Shown: positions 52,461 through 64,000 of the stretch, in pieces
How positions within the stretch are numbered: the stretch's first letter is position 1
Layout of the letters: every line of letters starts with the position of its first letter
Assembly (NCBI GenBank): GCA_013265495.1
Contig: MU058384.1
Location: 309,622-373,621 of the forward strand
Source of the DNA: Vicugna vicugna
Taxonomy: Eukaryota
Reading direction: 5' to 3'
Length of the DNA: 64,000 nucleotides
Translations under genes and position numbers: made by a program
The notes under the pieces: model-generated
Databases searched by the model: none
Seen by the model: the letters and a program-made list of their open reading frames with translations, nothing else
Told to the model about the DNA's origin: nothing

Positions 52461-55400
52461 AGGATGCCACAGAATACTTGGAAACTTAAATGTCGCTATG
52501 ATAGGTTTGGTTTTAAAGATGAGCTTTTTGGCCATAGATTGATCATGAAAAGTAATATTGCAAAAGTGTTTTGTGGAACAGCCCTACTTAATTTGTCCAT
52601 CTTCTCTCTCTTCTTAGATCATTGCTCATGGTCTAATTGCAGCTCCTTTTGCTTCCTATTGTGTGTTCCCATCCATTTTTTCCACAGGCAGCTTTCAGCT
52701 ACATGCACAATTGTGTCTAATTTCATGAGTCTCTAAAGTTTAGATTGTGATGATTACATGGAATCCTTTGTTTCTTGCTGGCATAGTCTCCCCTTCATAC
52801 CAAAATTTATACAAATAATTAGTTGTTCATTTTTTTAAAAAGCTATTATTCACATATATTGAAGCTCAGTGAGTTCTAAGGGCCAACTGAAGTATTATTT
52901 TTGAGCTGGAAAAGCATTTACAGCAGAATCTGCTTTCATGTAGGAAGACAGATCTTCTTAGTATTGCTAATACTATTAATTAAAATGCTATCAGAGAGGT
53001 AACATTTGAAAGAGACAAATTGAAAGACATTTTTAAATAGTCCCCTAGATTAAGCCTGATGGGCTCAGATTCATAAAACCAATCACATGACACCTATTTA
53101 GAGAGAAGATCCGGGAATGTGGATTTGGTACATATGTCATCCAGTAAAATTACTGTCAAAAGGCAAGATGAGAATTACAAGAAAAATGCAACAAAATAAT
53201 TTCAAAAAACAGTTATCTCTCCCAAGATCCTAGGCAGTCACTGCGGAGTTTCCTGGCAGCACAAAGCAGCGGGAGCCAGCTAATGAGGCAAGTCATCCGT
53301 TATCATTGCTGTGCTTAGCCTGATTTAGTTATCCGAATCAGAATGACAGATTCAGGAGGAAGGCTCCTGGGAACTTGACTGAAAATGTTATGTTGATGTA
53401 ACCATGCATTGATCAGTCTAGTGGAGGGCTCCTTAGTCTCCATGCCAACAATAAAAAGAAACAAAAAATAGCGGGTTAAAGGGCACGCTTTAGGAAAACG
53501 GATATTGGGCAAGATATTTTCTTTATAAACAGGCTGAGTTAAACATTGAAATAAGCTTCATGCCCTGACCAACCTAGGGCTTCTCAACACATAAGAGGTT
53601 TTATAAAGTAATTTCAGCTTGTCAGGAACAATTTTCCTCCTTCCCTTTAGGATTACTTATAACTTTAGCTTTTGCAACTATAACCCATGTTATTGGCAGC
53701 CTATTAACTTTATTCCTGTGTGAAAACTGCAAGAATTAACCCTTTCTCTCCTTTCCTAATCTTGTGCTGTTCTCCAAAGCCAGCAGTAGACAGCTGTTTT
53801 TAAAGTGCATTTGACATGCTATGCATGGATTTGAGAGGCTTGATGAAAGAGGTACTAAAAATAAAAAAAGAAAGGATCCAAATTACCTGAGGGGAATGCA
53901 TGCTGTTGACAAATAGCTTTGTCTGCTAGCCCCTCCGTTTGTGAAAGATTTTTGATATTTTTGATCAGTGGGCTAGACAGATTTTTCTTGTCATGGGCAA
54001 ACTATCAACATTCAGAAAATAGCATAAAGGACGCATTAAAAACCACATATGATGAGAAAAAGATTGCGCTTCTAAAGATAGAATAGCTCATTGCACAAAC
54101 CTCATTCAGTCAAAAATATCAGAATAGAAGGTGGCTTATAAAAGAGAGGGTTGTTTCTTTTTGGACATGTGCACATGTTATCATTATAGGACATGAACAG
54201 AACCAAGAATAAAGAAACCCACACACATTCTCCCATTTGATGTGCCTGGTTTATTTTATGCTAAAGAGTGCAAATATATAAAACATCTTTAACTACTCCC
54301 CTGGAGTCATTTAAGTTGATTTGGGCATCACATTAGGATTTAACAATTTTCTAAACTGATCCAATTTAATGCTTTTTAAAGACCTAGCTTTCTTGGTCTT
54401 TCAAGCAGCCTCTCTACATTCCCCCAAACAAAGTGCCCAGCTGTATAAATGAACGAAATAAAGACCTGTGAGAAGCCAGAATCCTAATTTTAACCACATG
54501 CTGGAAAAAAGGGAGAATTTATCTGTTTTAGCCAAGTTTTTTCTTCTCTTTTAAATGGGAACTCTGCCTTTGTTGACAACTTTTCTCTGGACTGTTGATT
54601 CAGTATTTAGTCTAGGCTGAGCATAGTTAAAAGGATAGCAGGCATTTCTTCATCCATTATCACATCTTTCCAGGGAATCCTTTACAGTGGATCCTTATAG
54701 GTCCTAACTTCCCAATATCTAGTCTGGATGGTTGGATGGATCTTGCAGCCATCCTCTGAAAACCCCTAAAAATATTCAGGCTTTTCGGAAAACACCAGGG
54801 CAGCAAGAATAGTTTGGTCAAAGCCTGAGGTGACAGATAGGACTCGGGGAAGTTATATTCTGCATTCTGCTCTGAGCACAGGTCTTATTCTGGTGGTCTG
54901 TGTTGACCACTGAAGCATCCTCAGATGCCAGTCCCATTCACATGCTATAAGAAAGATCCATGCATCCCATGTTGAGTGGATGAGGAAGAACTGAGAAATC
55001 CCAGCATGCGACTGTCTGTTGGTGAGCCTTCTAAAGACCTGCTCATCTCCTGTTAAGCCCATGATGTTTTCATTGTTCTTATTATTTTTTCCCCTCAGCA
55101 TTCTGAACTTACTGTTTACTTGCCTGACACTCTCTTACTCAGCTTTTTAAATAAAATTTCCCTGCTTTTCCTTTGAAATTCACTGTGACCTAAGGCCTTT
55201 TCCAAAAATACTTTACAACATCCATACAATTTAAAAAATATTTCATTAAGCATATACTCAAGGAAGGAACTGAATAATATTAAAAGTTGGTTCCTTGCTC
55301 ATGAAGAACAATCCACCAAGAAAGCTAAGAACCACCTACAGTAAAGTATGACACAGGAAAATATACAACAATGGAAAAGATATCATAGCTGTGTTCCCCT

Positions 55401-56606
55401 TGGATGCTTCTCAAAACCAGGAAAGGTCAGAGCAAGGTTCAAACTAAAGTGAAACAGCTGTGGAGGCAGCTGGTTATCCTTGGAGCGTATCACACAATGC
55501 AATGAACTTGAGCTCCTGCTAGGAAGCATTCCGTTTCAGGTATGGGAGGATCTGTCCCCACTGTAGTCAGCCAGCTGGCAAGGAGGGAAGGAAGGGGTAC
55601 AATGCTTCATATGCCAAAGCTCCATGGTAGCCTTCTGAGGAATTCTTGAATCCAATGGATCATTGAATAGTAAAAGTTTTAATTTGGACCTCTTCTTGCC
55701 TCTGGTTTTAAAAGAGAGAGAGGTCTCTGAACCCCAGCAATTCCTTAATCCAGCAATCAGATCACATCTAAGGAAACACTTCATTTTTTGTTCCCTAATA
55801 CTATCTTCACTTCTTCCATTTTGTTCTCTTTCCTGTATCTTTTTTTTTTAACACAACCTGTAAAAAACGGTAACAGTAACAAGCTTTGTCTTCTCTTTCT
55901 ATGAAAGATTAATAGGTTTATTCCTCTTGGAGTTCATAGACATGATAAATTAAAGATCAAGCTGAAAAACTGTTCAAATATACACATTTTGAAAGTATTC
56001 TAGCTGAAATCTCCACAAATATCAGCAAGTCCAAAACAACCCAAACCTTCAAGAGTTTTAATTTCATGCAGGAAGATTTTAATGGAGCCACCTGGTCTCT
56101 GCCAGACCAAGACAGCTATGAAGGTTTCATTGTTTTAGGTTCCCTGTAGCTTCATGTTCTTTTTGATAGCAGGTTAAAACCATCAGGTTTTGTCATCACT
56201 GCATGTCATCTGCTGTGAATTTAAAGATACCCAAACCCTGACACTAACAACCTAAACACTATACAGAAAGCACACCACCCAAAACACAGGATAAAATGAT
56301 CGATAACTGGTCAAGTGAAATTTCAATTCCTGTTTATTTTTTTCAGATTTACTCTGCACAACTGTCCCAAACTGAATGAAAACATTTGGATTTTCAAACA
56401 TGAACAGGTTAGTTAAAGGGCTGCTTATTTATAAAACAATACAAAATCCAAAACAAACTAAAAACAAACAAAATAAATGAAGAGCCAGCTTGATTTATAA
56501 ATGGGATGAGGACAAGCACATTTCCTGTCAGATAAGAAACCTCCAGTAGGGTATGTGCAAACTGTTAACAGAAAATATTCCAGATGTGGAGAACAGCTGC
56601 CAGAGT

Positions 56607-56697
56607 TTCTTTTCTTTCTTCTTCTTCTTTTTTTCTCTTCTCTTCCCTTCTTTTCTTTTCTTTTTCCCCTCCCTTCTTCTGTTCCTTCCCTCCTTTC
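56607..56697. repeat. pyrimidine-rich low-complexity tract
   Basis: Almost pure T/C run. Confidence 0.9.
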
Positions 56698-58552
56698 AAA
56701 ACAGTCAATTGAATCTATTCTGCTGTCTCATTACAACCAACCTAGATGAGGAGAACAAAGTTCTAATGAACAGTTGATACATTCTTACCCAGTTTTAGAG
56801 ATTCTGGAGTTTCAAATATGATAGTAACTGAAAGAAGTACAAATTCCATCCGAGTTTTTCAGGCTAGAGGTTTTGAGAGAACTCATAGTAGCCTATTTCC
56901 ATGTTCCTAGTGCCAAAATTTACAATAATCCGAAACAACTTCCCAGGTATCTCCACTTTTAGGCTGAAGTCTAGATGGATTTAGCTATACTTTCAACAGA
57001 TAAGGCATTGGTCAAAGAGAAAAGGGACAGTAATATAAGGTAGGGGTGGGAAAATTCTGAGAGAGACAATACAATGGGCACATGTGTTGCTTTAAAAGAT
57101 TTTAAAAAAATCCTCTTTGTTAACCTCAGATCATGCATTTTAATTTGAAACAAATGCACAGAAAGTCGTTAAGACTTTTCCAGAGATTCAAAGTGGCCAC
57201 TATTGTTCACATTTTGGTGGAACTCATGAGAAGGAGAGCTAGCTTATTCTATTCAGCATTCCTTCTCCCCTGGAAGAAAAACACAGTCTTCAATGAAGCG
57301 AAAGACATTTATACTCCAAGTTTATAGATGCACAGATGTGATTCAAGCCAGTTAGCTATTTTATATTGTTGTAATTTCAAAAGGATATCAAATTATTCCA
57401 CTATACATTTGAATTTTTTTCATTTAGTAGTCTTTACTTTTTTTCCTTTTTTCATATCATATGGGAATGTAGAGCTTACCACAGAGAGTTAACAAACCCT
57501 AATATTACAAGGAAAGACTTACTGAATTAAACTGTTAGGAATGTGGCTATTCATTCTCTCTTTTCTATGATTTTGCATGGGATACTTGAAGTTAAGTCTG
57601 AATTTATTTCCTATCATCTTCCCCAAATGCTAAAAATGGCAATATTCTTTCTACAAGAATGTGTGCCGTTGCGACTTCAATCAACATCTCATTTTGTATA
57701 TGATTGCTTAAATACACTGCTGACTTGGCATTCCATTCTATACTCTAGCCCTCCTTGTAAAAAAGAAACACTTATTTTCTTAAATCGCTCCCATGCTTGT
57801 TAACGCCTCCGATTCAATCTAAGAATTCATGTTTTGTATTCAGTATTTTAAAAGGGGAAAGGAAAAACGTCCTGACAGATTGTTTTTCCTTGGAGGATTT
57901 TGGTTTAAGCCTTTATGCAAAAAAGAATACTAGATTAATGATAACTGAGAAGCAAGGAACATTCTTTCTGGTCTCTGAGCAGTGAAAATGACACATGATA
58001 GCGTGTGGTGTTATGTAGACTCCTCAAATCCCAGCAGAATTTCAAAGACTTGAAGCCAGCAGTGTATTGCTTTTTCTACTGCATGAATGTCATTTTAAGT
58101 ATTCAAACTTGATGATCCTCTACTGAGAAACACCGTTTTAAAGCTTTCTTTCATCCTCATGGGTGAGAGAACTAAAATACAGCAAAGAGGAAAAAAAGCT
58201 ATTTGGGGAAAAAAGAAGAGCCCAAATTGGACTGCAAGAGTATATATTATATATATAACATGTTATGTTTTAATATAAATATTTTATATAATTATATAAT
58301 TACATATGAATTTATATATTCAGTCACTGCCCCAAATATGTTGAAATGTTACCTAGCCATTGGCTGATGGTTTTCATCTTGTACAATGAATGTGACCAGT
58401 TGATAGAGGCTAGCGGATCACTGAGTTGAGAAAACTTTTAGGACTTGTCTGTGGTCCAAAAGAAATGGTTCCAAACACCAATTAGCTTTCATTTTCTGTC
58501 TGCCTGCCAAAATGATCTTTTGTTTGTTTTGTTTGCAACCAGGCTTAGCCCT

Positions 58553-59141
58553 TGTGATGGCTAACTTATGTGTAAAATTGGCTAGCTATAGTGCCAAGTT
58601 GTTTGATCAAATACTTGTCTACTTGTTGGTATAAAGATGCTTTTCAGATGTTCTTAACACGTACAATCAGTAGACTTTGAATGAAGCACATATCCTCCAT
58701 AATGCGGGTGGGCCTCATCCAATCAGCTGAAGACCTGAAGAGCAAAGACTGAGGTGTCTGGAGGAAGAATCAATTCTGCCTCAAGACTGACATACAGACA
58801 CTATGACTAAGTTTCTCACCTGCTGGCCTGCCCTGCAGATAGAGTTCAGACCAAAGACTACAACATCAACTCTTACCTGAATTTCTAGTCTGCCAGCCCT
58901 CCCCACAGTCACATGAGCCAATTCCATAAAATCTCTCTTACTCTCTATCTATGTGTATATACATATACATATATATGTAATATATATTTAAATGTATATT
59001 TACATTTGTTTAAAATAATTATATAAATATTTCACTTATAAATATATAACATAAAATGTATGTATAACGTGTATATATATGTGTGTATATATATCAAATC
59101 TTCTACTGATTCTGTTACTCTGGAGAACTCTGGATAATACA
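58553..59141 (+). mobile_element. MLT2B-like ERVL solo LTR with expanded TA-rich tract
   Basis: TGTGATGG start; GGGTGGGCCTCATCCAATCAGCTGAAG; end TCTGGAGAACTCTGGATAATACA; degenerate TSD GCCCT/GCCGA. Confidence 0.9.
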
Positions 59142-59484
59142 GCCGACTCCCGTGAGCTTTGCCGTAATTTCAGCTAATCCTAAACCCTTCAGAAGTAATT
59201 AAAATCATGTTCCTTAAAATTACCTGAAGGACTTATTTTCGTCTGATTGCTACCTACTTTTTGATATTTAGCTTCTCATAATCCCAGCCTTCATTTTATT
59301 CGGTAACATTACTGACCTATTTATGGCTCCCGAAATAAATCAGGTAATTTTATTCATTCTGTCAACCAGGAACTGATTGATATTTATTGGATACTATTTA
59401 CTTGGCAGTTTGACCCCAGGATAGCAAGGGAAATCAGAAACAATCTGATTCCTAAAGAGCTTTAAGACTATTAAGAGTATTCTA

Positions 59485-61425
59485 TTTCTGGAAATGTTAT
59501 GGACTAGATGCCAGAAAACCTCCTTTTACAAAATAACTAAAATGCTACATAAAATGCATTTTTTTTTAGACTGCGTTGCTGAGCTCAAAAGGGAGTAAGG
59601 AAAATCTCTTTACAAGGCTGTAAAGAGAGAAAAACTGAAAATCAGAGCTCTCCGTAAATGCTAAGATTTTTGCCTGCTTTGGGGACCCTTGCCAATCACT
59701 GTAACTACGGGACTTGGGAATTAAGGGTTCCCCATTCAGGAGAAAAGCCTCGGGCAAATTTGAGAAGGTAATTGTAATTGAGACCTTTCCATGCACCCAG
59801 GATATGTGAATAGTGACATGTTTAGAGAAAGGCTGAACTGAAAATAAAAAAATCTAATCATTAGGAAAAGGTGGTGGGAAGGAAGCCTTTCTTTCGTGTC
59901 CTTGATCGTAACATGAAAGAAAAAGAAAAAGATTATTTGCCAGACATCTGTAAGTATTCTTACTAGATTTTGGGTTCTCAGTGATAGTGGAACCTATTAA
60001 ATAAGATAATAACTTAAGAAATCTGTTTCTCTTGCAAATGTTCCAGGACACCTAATGGAAACAAATGTAAGAACATCTTTGAGAGGATGGAAGCGAGAGC
60101 TCACTATACTTCCAAAGATGAAACCCTGAGGAACATTGAGTCTCAGCATGAACAGATCTTTAACCAGAATGAGCAAGAGGTTGAAGCAAAATTATTCCTG
60201 CCTAAATTTCAGATGCATGTAGTAGATAAAACATATTTAATATGATAAAAAATAAGTATAGAATGGAATTGAAATGTTTGGGGAAAAACTATCAAATAGC
60301 CAGGAAGATGTAAAAGTAACTTTTTTTAACTTTAAAAAAAGATTTAAAAATTAAAAGTCTTTAAGAAATGACAAAAACAGAGTAGTCATTGAAATTAAAA
60401 CTCCAGTGAATGGTTTAAACAGAAAAATAGACATAGCAGAAGAGAGAATGAGTGAACAAGAAGTTAAAACTGAAAAATTGTTACAATGGGAAATATCAAA
60501 GAAAAATAAATGTAAAAAGAGAGGGAGTAAGAGACATTGGAAAATGAATCAGATAATACTCTCTGTATAGTAGGAGTTCTGGGCTGAAAGAATGTAGATA
60601 AGAGATAATAGCTGGGAATTTACTAGGACTAATGCAAGATATGTACCATGAGATGTAAGAATCTTGCAAAACCACCAGACATGTTGTAGTACAACCACAA
60701 AAGAAACATAGCACTTATAAAACTGGGGGGGAAAATGCCTACTAAAAAGCAATTAGATTGACAGTTTCTCAATGACAACAAAAGATAGAGAAGGAATAAT
60801 ACATTCAAAGAGCTGAAAATCAAATTACCATTTGATAAGGGCAAAACAAATGCACCTGTAGACAAATACAAATTTGTAAAATCATTTTGGAAAACTGGCA
60901 ATAGCCAATGAATCCATATATATGCAAACTCTATGACACAGTAGTTCAACTCCTAAATATATACTCGACAGAATGTGTTCTTATATGTCGTCCTCAAAGG
61001 ATATTTTAAATAATGTTCATATCAGCTTTACATTTAGAGCCAACATTAATTGAATATTGCTTCAAAATGATAAATTATGGAATGCTATTGTGTTGTAATA
61101 TTTTAAGGAGGGAATTAACTTTTCTATAATCCACATCAAGAATTAATCTCAAAAAGATTATCAAATGAAAGAGGTCAGACACAAAAAATACAAAGTGTAT
61201 GGATTTGAAAGCATGCAGAATTACTATTGGTTATGTTTGAGGAGAAGGAAAGTTATTACTGAAAGTGGAGAGAGCACAATACTTGTGGGGAGATGACAGT
61301 ATTCGATTTCTTGATGTGGGTGGTGATTACACAGTCATACTTTGTGAGAAATCATCAGTTTGCTCACTTGGCATCTGTGCACATTTCTGTAAAATATAAT
61401 TAACTTCAGAAGTTCTACTATGAAA
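59485..61425 (+). mobile_element. ancient L1M/HAL1-like element (5' UTR, ORF1 remnant, joined to a 3' end)
   Basis: ORF1-like motifs (AGACATAGCAGAAGAGAGAATGAGTGAAC; AATACATTCAAAGAGCTGAAA) followed directly at about 60840 by L1ME-type terminal motifs. Confidence 0.65.
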
Positions 61426-61779
61426 AATGGGGAAAGGATATAAAAAAAAGGATTTCAACAATAGCAAAAACAAAACAAAACAAAACAGAAAAACCAAAAC
61501 ATTGACAAGATGCTCAGTCTCTCTGCTGAGAAGAGAAATCTATTTTATTCAGTGCCAAACAATGCTACGTGTCATTAAAGATTAATGGGAAAAAACAAGA
61601 CAAGAGGGCTTGAGAGTCGAAGTATTTAGTCTGGAGAAGCAGGAAAGCAAAAAGCTGTGGAAATTCATTCTTTTAACTGTTATTAAACACTCAGCAACAA
61701 GTACTCTTCTATGAACAGAGGAGGCAACAACAAATGCTCTAAGATCAGTCAGTCCTGTAGCCATCACTCACTCAAGATG

Positions 61780-62000
61780 ATTTATTGAGCCCATAAACCA
61801 TCTGTTTTCCTCATGTTAGGTAATTATCCAAGTGCTCTACGTGTTAATTCAGTTATCCATACAGAGCTCTGAAGTAGGTAATACTATAATCATTTTACAG
61901 GTGAGGACACTGGGATTCAAAAGATTACAGGATATTCTCCAAATTCACTATTTATCAAGTAGCAAAGACTGCATTAGAATCTGTGTCTTACTGGTTGACT
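61780..62000 (-). mobile_element. MIR SINE
   Basis: GAAGTAGGTAATACTATAATCATTTTACAGGTGAGGACACTGGGATTCA antisense core. Confidence 0.8.
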
Positions 62001-62548
62001 TAATTGCCTTGCAAATAATAGATTATTTAATGCTTCCCCTGTGTTGCTTATACACTAAACGTTCTACATACCAGCATATTTTATTTTCTATTCATGTTTT
62101 CACCTATACACCTATATGTAACAAAGCGATACATATAGATGTTTAATTTAAAGATGAAGAAAGGAATGAAAACTATATTTAGAAAAATTATTAATCAGCT
62201 ACAGGTGAATATGTTATGGATGAGCACATAAAAGGTTTCAACGACATTGATGTTGTGCTGTTTCCTAAGATGTATAGCAAATAACCATCTTAAAATCTTT
62301 GTTAAACATGTATATATAAAATACATTATATTTTAATATTAATTTGGATGTTTTAATATTTGTATATTAACACAGTATATGTTATAAATATTATAAAATA
62401 TGAAATAAGATTAATTTAGTGATATTTAAAATAAAGATGGTTTTAATGATTTATTAGCTATGAGGATGAGAAAAAAATGTGATGTTTAGCATTATATAAT
62501 AATACAGAAGTTTGAGGAAATGGGCAGTTGCTATTGCTTTATGTTAGA

Positions 62549-62738
62549 GTAGTGGCTCTCAAACTTCAATGGGCATAAGAATCACCTAAAGGGCTTGCTA
62601 AACCACAGCCTGATGGACCCCAATCTAGACTTCCTGATTCATAGTCCCTAGAGGGGACCCAACATTTTGTATGTCTAACAAGTTTATAGATACTGCTGAT
62701 GCTGCTGGTCCAGACCTCACTTTGAACGATATATCTTT
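62549..62738. mobile_element. MER5A (hAT-Charlie MITE)
   Basis: AGTGGCTCTCAAACTT...AGAATCACCTAAAGGGCTTG...TCTAACAAG...GATGCTGCTGGTCCAGACCTCACTTTGA. Confidence 0.88.
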
Positions 62739-62879
62739 GTAGAGTGGTAAACTGATTTGAAGATTTGTTACCTAATGTACAGCCTTTGTCTTTATCTAGA
62801 AAACCCACACATTTCTTTCTATTATCCACCCAAGCAATATCTACTCAGATCAAAAGAAACTTCCCTGAGAAGCAGGTCA

Positions 62880-63620
62880 AGAAGAACCTCCCAGTCTTAT
62901 TTATATGCCTTCTCTCCTCCCTTTGAAGAATTCCTGTCTTGTTGAAAAATCTCTCTTCCCTTTTCTTTGATGATATAATGCTCTCAATTTATTTCTTGCC
63001 AGACCCTTTAAATCTCTCTTGGTTCTGCAGTCCCATGAATCCTTACTTCTTTCATAGAGATTGTTTTTACTCTACAGAAGTTTTTAGGAGCTCTAATCCA
63101 TTCCCATGGCTTCAATTAGATTTGTACTATGTACAGATGAATTCAAAATCTGCGTTTATATCCCAGTCTCTCTTCTGAGCTTTAGTGAAGTGAATTCCTT
63201 TCCAGAGACTGGTGTTTAGATACCCACAAATACTTTAACTCCAGCATTTTCAAAATGGATTTCCCATTTGCAGCAACCCCACCATTACCACCACACACCC
63301 TCATACATAGTCTCTAGCCATCATTTCATGCTCTATGGTCCTACCTTTCTCCCCTTAGTAAGTATCATCTCAGCCATTCATGCAAGGAACCGGAGCACCA
63401 TCTGTGACTCTTATTTTCTCTCACTCTACAGCCAATCTACTTCATTTTTGATTACTTTACCATTTAAAGAGATCTGAAGTCCATCTATCTTGCTTTGTCT
63501 TCACTAACAGTTTGTTAGTCCACGTTCCATCATCTCTTGCAAAGAAACTTCTAACTTTATTATTGTCTGGCTTTCTTTTAATTCATTATTCATAAGGTTG
63601 TCAGATAGAGTGTTCCTGGA
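62880..63620 (+). mobile_element. L2 LINE fragment
   Basis: CCATTCCCATGGCTTCAATTA...CAGATGAATTCAAAATCTGCGTTTATATCCCAG...TCTCTTCTGAGCT. Confidence 0.75.
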
Positions 63621-64000
63621 GGGAGTAGAAGGGCATTTAGGAACAACCTGATATTTAGAGATCACACCTAGGTAAGACTCAACAACAGTTGCCTCTTCTT
63701 CATATAATTCATCCTCTTACTAAATTCCAGACAGAACATATTCATCCCCGATCCTGAGGTTTTAATCTTGTCAACTGCATTGAGATGTACTGAGACATTT
63801 CATGTCCAGTTTCAAGTTTCCAAAGGAAAGATACCAGAAGCCCTTACTAATGCATCTATGTAAATATAGTTTTTCTCTTTCTCTGCCTTACAGAATCTAG
63901 TTATTTGTCTTCACAGAATTCATCACAATATTTAAAATTCATCCTAAAATAAACAAGAATTTAAAATTACATCTAAAAGTAAAAGTCAAATAGTATGCAT

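Noticed and set aside
490..63477. Supplied 60-117 aa ORFs as protein-coding genes
   Set aside because: They are short, low-complexity or lie inside repeats. The only recognisable peptides (6934-7287, 8339-8563, 15449-15673) are L1 remnants.
1..64000. CRISPR array, operon or prokaryotic defence system
   Set aside because: The DNA is mammalian, with no regularly spaced direct repeats and no long ORFs.

Overview
AT-rich, CpG-poor mammalian genomic DNA, intergenic or deep intronic. A tRNA-Ala-derived vic-1-type SINE (10128-10302) and the form of the youngest L1 3' ends point to a camelid (camel/alpaca/llama). I recognise no protein-coding gene, RNA gene or CRISPR array. The supplied short ORFs are chance ORFs or decayed L1 ORF1/ORF2 remnants. 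Much of the window is layered transposon fossil: young and old L1, L2, MIR, MaLR/ERVL/ERV1 solo LTRs and hAT DNA transposons (MER3, MER5A, MER58A, Charlie4). Blocks with no recognisable repeats (about 16.2-18.6, 27.7-29.6, 30.6-33.2 and 52.7-58.5 kb) are candidate regulatory sequence. The best-supported oddities are mechanistic: a roughly 90-bp twin-primed L1 insertion, a composite L1 with two 3' ends inside a MaLR LTR, a tail-less internal L1 fragment, and an unexplained insert with a junction hairpin. I found no evidence of a novel multi-gene system. Repeat family names come from recalled consensus sequences, not from a search, and boundaries of old elements are approximate.
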